NCBI RefSeq assembly: GCF_009914755.1
Contig: NC_060938.1
From: the human T2T-CHM13v2.0 reference genome, Homo sapiens
Direction: 5' to 3' (one strand)
DNA: 64,000 nucleotides
Both the position numbers and the translations under genes were made by a program. A model generated the notes under the pieces. It had not been told where the DNA came from. It did no database searches and was given only the letters and a program-made list of their open reading frames with translations. Shown here piece by piece: positions 54,700 through 64,000 of this stretch; the stretch's first letter is position 1, and each line of letters opens with the position of its first letter.

Positions 54700-55650
54700 A
54701 CAGTGATTTATGTTTAAAAAATTGACACATCACTCCATCGCTTAAGTTCCTTAACTCGCTCATAAATGGCTTGTGGGTAAATATCTAAGTCCCTTGGTCT
54801 AACACATGACAAAGTTCTCATGACCTGATTTTATTCACTTTCCATGGCCCACTTCATGCACCACTATACCTGCAGTGAGCTGAATGTTTGTGTCCCTATA
54901 AAATTCATATGTTGAAACCCTAATTCCAGTGTGATAGTATTTGGAGGTTGGGGGTTTATTAAGTCATGAGGATGGAGTCTTCGTGAATAGGATTAGTGCC
55001 CTTATAAAAACAGGCCAGAGAGTTGGCTAGCTGTGTTTCTGCCATGTGCGGACAGAGCAAGAAGGTGGCCATATCTAAGCCAGGAAGAGGATCATTACCA
55101 AAATCTGACTCTACTGGTACCCTGTTTTTCAGAGTTCTAACCTGCAAAACTTTGAGAAATGAATTGTCTTTTAAGCTACTCTATAATACCTCGTTATAGC
55201 AGCCCAAACTGACAAAGACAAAGCATCATCTTTTACTCCTTAGCAACAGCCACCTACTTATGATTTCTTGAACAAACCATACTGAATCAGGAGTTAGCAT
55301 TTGCCTGTGCAATTTATTTTACTCAGAATATTTTCTCTTACCCAAAGTCTACATTCATCATCCTTCAGAATCATGTTAGGCTTTACTAGCTCTGAGAAGA
55401 CTTCCTTGATATGCTGAAGCCACAGGTCCTTCCCTGCAACCATCCCACATGAAGCTGTTCATTCAGTCTTCAGAAAAATATCTACACTCAGCACCTGCTC
55501 TTTTTGCTGCATTTCCACCTTGTAAACCAAATATCTCTTTAGATATTTTTTTCCCTGCAAATCTATGAACACTTTGAGTAAAGTGATTGTATGTTTATAC
55601 ACTTGAATGTCTCCAGTTATTTTAATGGACCCACAGATAAATGGAAATTT
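54700..55650 (+). mobile_element. L2 fragment interrupted by MLT1A
   Basis: CATCACTCC...TCTAAGTCCCTTGG...TCATGACCTG upstream; CTTGAACAAACCA, CTCTGAGAAGACTTCCTTGA downstream. Confidence 0.5.
54871..55220 (+). mobile_element. MLT1A solo LTR
   Basis: CTGAATGTTTGTGTCCC...AATTCATATGTTGAAACCCTAA...GGATTAGTGCCCTTATAAA...GTTATAGCAGCCCAAACTGACAAAGACA. Confidence 0.9.
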
Positions 55651-56690
55651 GTAGTGAAAAGTCTAATGTTTCCTCTAAGTGTGTCAGAGCTGACACAGAT
55701 CAGAGGAAATGCCCTGCTGTGTACATCTACTGTTGTTTCTCTGGGAGACCAGCAGATCCTAGATGCAAGATTCTGTAAAGAGTGGACTGAGGAATTCTGG
55801 GGAAATAGGGATTGCTGTAAACATGGAGCAAGAGAAGCACTGTGCTTGATTTAGGATGAAAGCTTTATTTCAGAATACCCACAGGCCACATCCTTGACAG
55901 ACCACAAAACAAGATTGTTATTTTTTTATTCTTGCTCTCAAAATAATTGTTAACACATTTCCAAGTCCAACTTTGTACTGTCAAAACAGGATAATGTATT
56001 GTAAGTTTGATATTTGCAACAATGGGTTAAAAGAACATCACAATATAAGTTATTTGTATTTTTAGCATCTTTATAGAAAAGTTTATGAAGGTATATTTTT
56101 GCTTTTAGTTGAATTCAAAGACAGCTAACTTTTGCATGTTTTAGCCATCTGAGAAAATTTGTCTCCTCTCTTTTATAACTTCAACAAAGACACATCTGAT
56201 AACTTAAAAATGTACAGCACATTATTCTCAAAACTAAGAGGGGTAAAACTATCTGCATAAAGTTGGTCATGCCCATCAGCTTGGGGTACGTTCCTGGGAG
56301 ATACCTCATCTCTCTGGTCTGAAGGCAGAGGAAAAGTCTCAGTAAAAGATTAGGGTCAATATTAAACCTGAGCCCAGTAAAACTTTTGGCAACATAAAGG
56401 AAGAGGAGAGAGCTCCATAATTTAATCACAGATGCTGGTTGAGGTTTCTAAAAATGGAATTGAGGGTCCAAGATCCATGATTTCAACTGGTCAAGGAGGC
56501 AGACAGTCAGCTAGATTGTCAGTTGGAATGTGGGAGGTCACAACACCAACCATACCTTAGTAGAAATTTCCCAGTCCCTACAGAGGGCTAATGCCAGGAA
56601 AAAGATCAGCCATTGCTAGTGACGAATATGAGTTTGAAGCAATTAAATACAATGACTAAGATTCAGAAGTCAAAGCAGAATCCCACTTAC

Positions 56691-56892
56691 CTGAATTGTT
56701 GTGATAATAAATACAGGGTAATTTTATAGAACAAAATGAGTTAGGGTTAGCAAAATTGCAAGAGTGGTTTGCTTACATGCATGGGATAATGTGGGAAATG
56801 ACAGAAGCTAATTAAATATCTTTCACCAAAACTCGGAATTTGCTCTAGAGCTTGATGTACAGGTTGAAACTTTCCAGTACATAAGGTTTGAA
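56691..56892 (-). other. Candidate non-coding exon (202 nt)
   Basis: Minus-strand acceptor TTCTCTCTCTCATTTCTTTTCTATTTCTTTCACACAG| and donor CAG|GTAAGT; stops in all three frames. Confidence 0.35.
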
Positions 56893-57119
56893 CTGTGTGA
56901 AAGAAATAGAAAAGAAATGAGAGAGAGAAGTCACAGTTTAGAATTTGGTTAATGTCGTCTGACATTTTCTTCAGTGTCAGAGTCAAGGATATTTTATAAC
57001 AATGATACTGAAATACTGAAGGATATTGGAATCACCAGTATGTAAATAACTACAATTGGACTAAAAAATAGTTTATGCAGATTCAAATTAATTAACTCAA
57101 TATATTCAGACAAAGGATG

Positions 57120-57680
57120 AACCAGAGAACTATAGAAGATAATGGATCGAGTTGGTACTCAAGAATAAGGATAATCAGTAACATTACCACTTTCATGAAT
57201 CTGTTCCTCCCAGCCTCTTTTTCTGTGTTCTCCTCTTGCTCTCAGCTTACATCTTTCTCAGTGTAAAGCTTCCACTTCACAGGGGAGACACAGAGCCACA
57301 ACACCTGCTGATCTTTATATCCTAATCCAGCTGCTGTTATCATGGAGAACATACTTTGTCATATTCTGGTTTGAAATGTTCTGGGGGAAAAAAACTTGAA
57401 TTGGCAAAATTCAAGTCAGTTGATGATCCTTGGACCAATTTGGAGAGGCAGGCAAGGGATACCTTAGGCTAATTGACTCTACCTGGATAAGCCAACTGTG
57501 GCTAAAGAGTTGAAGTCAAACAAGAAATCAGCTCCTATTGCAGCAATAAGAGTGTGTTAGTGCAATCGTTGTAAAAAAAAAAAAAAAGGTGGTGCTGTTC
57601 TAAGAATAAAAGGTTTGTTGAGGGCGTTAAGTATAGAAAAGAGGCTATGCTGGGCAAGTGAAAAAAATAATATCCACTAT
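57120..57680 (-). mobile_element. Old MLT1 (J/K-like) LTR
   Basis: CCTTGGACCAAT, CCAACTGTGGC, GGTGCTGTT, ATGCTGGGCAAG...AATATCCACTA resemble antisense old MLT1. Confidence 0.55.
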
Positions 57681-59187
57681 AGGAGTTTAGCCAAAATTCT
57701 AAGACCTATCACTGGAGCCCTGGTTGTTTACATGAATGCATCTATATGGTTAAAAGTTTTACAGGTGATTCTTATCATAAACTAGATTAGGAATTGACAG
57801 TTTACAGTTCACACAGAGGTTATTCTCTATGATCTACTGACTGACAGAAATGCCTTTATCATTGTTTTCCTTCAATTGGTGTGAACAGCCTAGAATGTAC
57901 TAATTTTAGGTTAACAATGATAGGTTAATTTCCAAATTAAGACGGTAAAAATGATTACGCTTCAGAATGAAGCGTAAAGTAGGATACCTCTGTGAAGTGT
58001 CTCATGAGCTTGGCATTGAGATTGGCAGATGTACCTTGATGTTCCCTTCAAATTTGGCTCTTCCTAACTTCCATCTTGTCAGGAATTTAGGTTGAATAGA
58101 CATTCAACAAAATATCTTGAAGAATAGAAAATAACCAAAGGCAATAAGGAAACAAGTCTTTTTTTATCAGCATCATAGAAAACAAAATACAGCCATAGAG
58201 GCTGACAAAGCACCAATTAATGATTAAAATCCTAAAATTACTACTCATGTTTAAGTCAAAATTGCTGAGATAAATGTCCTACCGATTTTATAGCTTAATA
58301 ATAAAGAAATTGAATTTCTAGATAGCCTCATGCGGAGAAACATGATAATGTTATTTTAGTGAAAAAAATCAAAATTTTTATTAAACTATTTTTACATATT
58401 TTTATCAGGGATACTTTTTTTTTTTTTCTCTTCCTTTCAGGCAGAGTTTAATCATTCATTATATTCCCACCTTTTTACTCATGAATATTTTATGTTTATA
58501 ATGGGAAAACATTAGGGAGTAAAACATTGAGAGCAAAGTAAATGAAAAGAAGTTCTTATTCATCAGCACTAAAATGTAAAATAAGTTAAATAAATAGTTC
58601 TGCAAAATGTTAAATGGTACATAATTTCTGCATCTGGGTAGTAAACATGAAAGCAGAGTTAGAAACTCAAGTTACCTAAGTCACTGTTTAGTGGAACGGC
58701 AGGTTTCTGTGGCCCCGTTTTAATGCATGTGGCAGACCAAAGGCAGCAGATTTTGTGCTACAGAGCACTGTGTCCAGGTGCCCTCACCCTGGAATTGCTG
58801 GTATAGACAGACTGGGTAGGGAAAGTGGCTGCAGCATCTTGGCTCCATTGAAGCTGCAGAATAGGTGTGAAGTAACATCCATTGAAAACAAGCATCTGAG
58901 GGCAACACTAATTAGAACCTTACAGATGAGAATAGGGAGGGAAATGATACGATGAAGAAATGCAGAAATTCTCCATTAGTGGAGTGGGCCCTGCTGCAAA
59001 TTAGGTATGAAAAACTTCCTAGTATTCGTGAGTTGTTTGTCATGGAGAATTCTTACTAATAATAGAAAATTACATTCCCCAACAATAGGAAGAAAGTCGC
59101 TACTAACCGTAGAAAATAAAAATGAATCCAAGGTAAGTTACATTATGTTGAAAGTTTAGAGATACTTTCATGTATCTCTTAACCTAC

Positions 59188-59591
59188 TGCGTTAGTCCAT
59201 TGTTGCATTGCTACAAAGAAATACCTTGGTAATTTACAAATAAAGAGGTTTAATTAGCTCATGTTTCTGCTGGCTGTATGGGAAGCATAGTGGCTTCTGC
59301 TTCTGGGCAGGCCTCAGGAAGCTTCCAATCATGGTGGAAGGCAAAGGAAGAGCAGGCAATTCACAATGTGGAAAGCAGGAGCAAGAGAGAGAGGGAGGGG
59401 GGAGGTTCTACACACTCTTAAACAACCAGATCTGGTGAGAACTCACTGTCGAGGGATGATGCTAAATCATTCCCGAGAAACTACCCCCACCCCCCGCCGA
59501 TTCAATTACCTCCCACCAGGCCCTACCTCCAACATTGAGGATTAGCATTCTACGTGAAATTTGGGTGGGGAGACAGATATAAACCACATTA
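59188..59591 (-). mobile_element. MSTA solo LTR
   Basis: TTAGTCCATTGTTGCATTGCTACAAAGAAATACC...GGCCTCAGGAAGCTTCCAATCATGGTGGAAGGCAAAGG...; perfect 5-bp TSD CCTAC at 59183-59187 and 59592-59596. Confidence 0.93.
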
Positions 59592-60340
59592 CCTACCATG
59601 GTAATGTGGGTTATGCATTGATTCTAGGTAGCCATAACCTTTGGGACATGGAAAGTTTTGCAAAATTGCTATCTGCAATAGACACCCACAGCTTAGATGG
59701 GAAGGGATAACCCCACCTGATGCAAACTTCCCTGTTAGAGCATTCAGCAATCGCACTTGGTTCTTGGTACCATGCCAGCATATCTTAGGGGATCAATAAA
59801 TAATGCATTCAATTAATCCTTACGTGAATCAATGAAAGATAAACGAGTGAATATCTAGAAAAATCAGGAAGTATCACACGGGATTATGAAGCCTTAGGCA
59901 GCAAACTTGAAATCATAAGGGCAAGGTGATATTTTAGCTTTGCTTTGAATTAGTACTGACTATAAGAATAGTGAACAGCTGGCTGAACAGATGTTTTTGA
60001 AGAATCGAATTTAGATTTCTAACCCAACCATAAACTGGGGATTGCAATGATGGGCTCTTGGCAAGGCATGAAGTAAATCTCAGGAGAATGTGGTTGAGCA
60101 TATTTGTCCAGAAACAAACTGCCATGCTCACCAGGCTTTGCACTGAGTATAGATGGGAGGATTCTTCCGTTAGATGAGTAAAAACAGTCACCATAAATCA
60201 TTGGCATTCTCATATATCGTATCTGTGTTTCAACTATAATAAAGTAATGCAAAAGTCTAATTTATGGAGATTTTACATATTTGAGGTACAAATATGAAGT
60301 AATAGCCTTTTGAATTGCTGAGTGGCTCTAAGTCACTTAC

Positions 60341-60451
60341 CTTATGAATGAGGCAAGCTCCCTTGAGAGCCAACATCTCAAGAGTTCATTTTCCTACTTC
60401 CATGAGGCAGAAAACAGCATTCTCTTCAATTGTAGGCCATGGAGCTACAGC
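60341..60451 (-). other. Candidate non-coding exon (111 nt, or 160 nt with the alternative acceptor at 60500)
   Basis: Minus-strand acceptors TTTTCTGCTATTTTTGCTCTATTTCATAG|G and TTTTCTTTCAG|G; donor AAG|GTAAGT; stops in all three frames. Confidence 0.35.
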
Positions 60452-60717
60452 CTATGAAATAGAGCAAAAATAGCAGAAAAATCCCTTCATATCCTTAAAC
60501 CTGAAAGAAAATTTGCATTTTTTCATTAAATAATTATTCAATGCATAATATATAATAATCATTATTATAATAATTAAGGATGATACAACACAATAAGACA
60601 TGATGTCTTACTGCATGGAAATTAGGTTTTAATGATGTGGTATAAAAAGAGAAAAATATGTGTAATATGACAGATAATGTATTACAGTCCTGGATGGGAA
60701 TTTTTTTCCTAGATAGC

Positions 60718-60801
60718 AATAAAGAAGGCTGGATAATGAAAGTAGTATTTAGTGAACCTAATAAAGAAGGCTGGATAATGAAAGTAGTATTTAGTGAACC
60801 T
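60718..60801. repeat. Perfect 42-bp tandem duplication
   Basis: AATAAAGAAGGCTGGATAATGAAAGTAGTATTTAGTGAACCT at 60718-60759 and 60760-60801. Confidence 0.98.
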
Positions 60802-61069
60802 AAAAAAAAATGAGTAGTTTGATTTTGCAGAAATTATAATGGAAGCTATTATTTATTATGCTCTTACTGCGTGGCAATCACTGTTCTTCTAGACTGTAAG
60901 GTAGACACTTGTGTTAGTTAAGTTGGGCTAAGTTATTGTAATATAGAGACTGAAAATACTTAGTTTTTTAAAGACCAGGAAATTTCTCCTTCATGACTTT
61001 CAACATCACATTAGTTATCGCACTTCAAACAGAAGCTGAAATCTGCATTTCTCTGTATAGGGCTCAGAG

Positions 61070-61160
61070 CTCCTCTGCCTTGGAAAACTTGCTTATCATC
61101 TCTGTGCCTCAGTTTTTCATCAATAAAATTGAAGTAATAATGTACAAAAAGATGAGATGA
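61070..61160 (+). mobile_element. MIR core fragment
   Basis: CTCTGTGCCTCAGTTTTTCATCAATAAAATTGAAGTAATAAT. Confidence 0.7.
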
Positions 61161-63884
61161 TTTCCTTGACTAGGGTGGCATTACTGAAATGGAGAGAAGA
61201 AATACACACACCCAGACACACAAACACACACACATATGTATAAAATTTTATTTGGCAGATATCATACATATATTATATATAAATATTAAATATATGTATT
61301 GTAGCTGTCAAATACAATGATTCAAGGAATAAAATGTATACGTACATGCACATTTTAAGTCCAAACTCATGGCTAATACAATGCAGGGTATACAGAAAAG
61401 AAAGAAGAAAGCATGACCATAATTTTTGAGAAACGTAGAGGTATATTGGTAAAACTGCCAAAATGAGTAGGTACCAAATAACTTTATAGTAGATGTTTCT
61501 AATTTAGTAAGTGAAAAATAAATTGTAAATGAATGAAGAAATATGAATGGATGATGGGGGTTTATTATTCATAACATGAATATAATTCTTATTATTCAAA
61601 TATGAATGGATGAGTGATAAAGGTAAAACGATTTTATGAGGATAAAAATGCTGAGGGTAAGATTCTCATGAATGTTCATGGGTGGTATTCTCCTTTTAAG
61701 AAAATATTTTAAGTAAAAAATCTACATAAAATTTCCAAAAGATTAAAATTTTCCATTTACAATTTGCTATTTTAGAATTTATTTTCCTAAAACTAGACAC
61801 CACCTTCTAAATAATCTGGTTTTTATTTTTACATATTTGAAAGAGTTCATTTAGAGTAAAACCTATTTTGTCAAATAGCCAAGAACTTTTCCCCTTATTA
61901 ATTGCTTGAAGTAAAAACTTCAGAAATCTACATTTCATAGCCTTTTAATGGCTACCTAGTACTCCAAAATAAAGCATAACTAAATCAACATGCTGCAAAA
62001 TTAGAACCCACTTGAGCCATTTCTAAACTAAAATAGTTCAAGAAATAATACAAGTAATAAAATCTTCACATGCCTCTCATTCTATAGGTTTAATGTCAAA
62101 AGTTATTTTACACTTCGTGTTACTGCCCTTTCAAGAAGCAATGAAAAAAATGACATCACGCTTTGGGCACCTTTGGGGGATCCAAAGTGTCTCTTAACTC
62201 TACAATTTACAGTTTTGATTGCTTTAACACTGTCTTTTTTAGAGCTATTACTGCACTGGTGGGTGAGTTACAAAGGCTCATGACATAAGAATAGCTGTTC
62301 TGCAATTTCAGAAAGCTCGAGGCAGTCACTCTTAGCAGCTTCTAAACAGATACTAAAAATCAGCAGTATATTTAAGTACTGAATTTAGGATTCTGAACTA
62401 CTAAATTTAGGTAAAGCTCTCATCCCTTAAGTTCAAGAGGCAACTGATTAGGAATGAAAACAGAGAAAAGGAATTTGAAATCCAAAGGAAAAAGTGAATT
62501 ATGTGAAAGAGTCAGGGGGTTGGAAATCACGTGTTATTTTTCTTGACCCCATCCCCAAGGGAAAAACAAATGTGCTTCCATAGTTTCCAAACAAACTGGT
62601 TGAGAAATGAATAACTGATTTTCTTAGATATGCAGGTAAAATATTTTAAATGAAGTTTTACTCCCTAATTCATTGGGCATTGTGTAATACAGGCAAATGC
62701 CATATAAAACTATGAAGGGAGAAATTAAACTGATGATAAGGACTTATAAAACAAAGTGATAAATTGACAAAGTTGAGAACTAAAATAAGCAAAGAGGAGT
62801 GTCTTGGAAAAGAAGAGACAGTCAAGAAATAAATAAGCAAAACTATGGCTTCTAGTAATGAGTCAAGAGAGACCGATTCCTTAGTACATTTACAGGGTAA
62901 TATAAAGTCACACATTCAGTCAGCTAAAATATTAACTTCTATTGACAACTTTGAATCATTGTATGGTAAGATACTATATCTATCAAATAAAATTATGCAA
63001 GGAAGGACCAAAGTTGAGCATGGGTGAGACAAGGAAAGAAGAAAAAAGTTAGAAAGAAGATCCCTAAATAAATGCAGAAAGTGGCATATATACTGCCTGC
63101 AAAATGAAGATGGATGAAGATTAATGGTCTGCAGATATTCTGCCAGTGCTTTTCAGGAGACGGTTTTGCTTTATTTATCTTGGCTGCCACAAAGAAGCAA
63201 GACTCAGGCACATACAGACATATTCCACATGGCAGGAGAAAGCATCTGCTTTCGGAAAAAAACCTCCGTATTCACATTAAAGAAGCATATTATCTACATA
63301 CATATCGCAATTGCAGGTAATTATGTTTTTTGATGTTAGTTTGAACCTTTTATATGACATTGATTGTGGTTTTGTGCTTTCCTTGATTCCTTTGGACAAA
63401 CCTCTTCTCACAATTAAAAGCAATCCCAGATATTTATACATTGCAGATACATAATATGCAGTGCTGTGTCTATAAAAGCCATCAAAGGGGATCATTAACA
63501 GATTCTAAAATGATTACTCTGCTGAAGTGAGCAATCAGTTAAAAATGAATAATATGAAACTGTTATCCTAAATCTATAAAATGATTATCACCCAGAGCCT
63601 GCAGAATACAGATGATGAGAAAAGCCGACAAGGCCCAAAACTGTGTTATAAGAATCACAACTTTCAAAGAAGCTGATTCCAGGATTATTTTAGTCTAAAC
63701 ACTATATTCTAAGAGTAAACAGAATGGATTTGAAGGTATCCATAAGACAGATGTATCAGCCACCAAATATTAATCTGCATATTAATCATTTTAAGCTTCA
63801 TTTTATAGACAATTTTGAAAGTAAGAATTCAGTTATAAAAATAAATCACATGCATATTGCCATATGGATTACAAAGCATTAAAA

Positions 63885-64000
63885 TTAATTTATCTCATTT
63901 AATCCTTAAAAAACAAGTCTGTCAAATGGGAATTATTAGCTATCATATCTTTGGGGTAAGAAACTAAAACTAAAATTGACCAAAAGACTTACCTAAGATG
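63885..64000 (-). mobile_element. MIR fragment
   Basis: ATCTCATTTAATCCT...ATTATTA...AAGAAACTAAAACT...GACTTACCTAAG. Confidence 0.65.

Noticed and set aside
56748-56760. TTAGGGTTAG telomere-like motif
   Set aside because: Fewer than two full units; chance.
58410-59140. Strong plus-strand acceptor (T-tract...TTTCAG|G at 58440) and donor AAG|GTAAGT at 59132
   Set aside because: They are about 690 nt apart with no open frame, and the acceptor derives from a poly-T run. Weaker than the minus-strand candidates, though not excluded.
61250-63500. A-rich sequence suggestive of ancient L1ME fragments (also 43000-43530 and 45590-45740)
   Set aside because: Plausible, but boundaries and family cannot be supported without a profile search.

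Overview
Human (AluYa5-bearing) non-coding genomic DNA: AT-rich, CpG-depleted, with no CpG island. I cannot support any protein-coding gene, RNA gene or CRISPR array, and the ORF-track entries look like read-throughs of Alus, L1/L2, LTRs, simple repeats or chance ORFs. The window is a mosaic of transposon fossils: 10 Alus plus a FAM monomer, a 5'-inverted (twin-primed) L1, two short TSD-flanked L1PA 3' ends, an L1MB 3' end, many L2/MIR pieces, about 15 LTRs or LTR fragments (MST/THE1, MLT1, MLT2, LTR9-like, MER57-like) and DNA-transposon MITEs (MER44 x2, MER6, MER5). The most notable items are: a consensus-like AluYa5 inside a MER44; an MLT2A LTR nested in a THE1/MST LTR; a compound (TG)(TA)(CA) minisatellite with six CAGGTG E-boxes; 50-bp and 42-bp tandem duplications; and two well-formed candidate non-coding exons on the minus strand (56.7 kb, 60.4 kb) that may belong to a spliced lncRNA. 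I found no convincing evidence of a wholly new biological system. Subfamily names come from recalled consensus sequences and need Dfam/RepeatMasker confirmation. The locus cannot be identified without an alignment.
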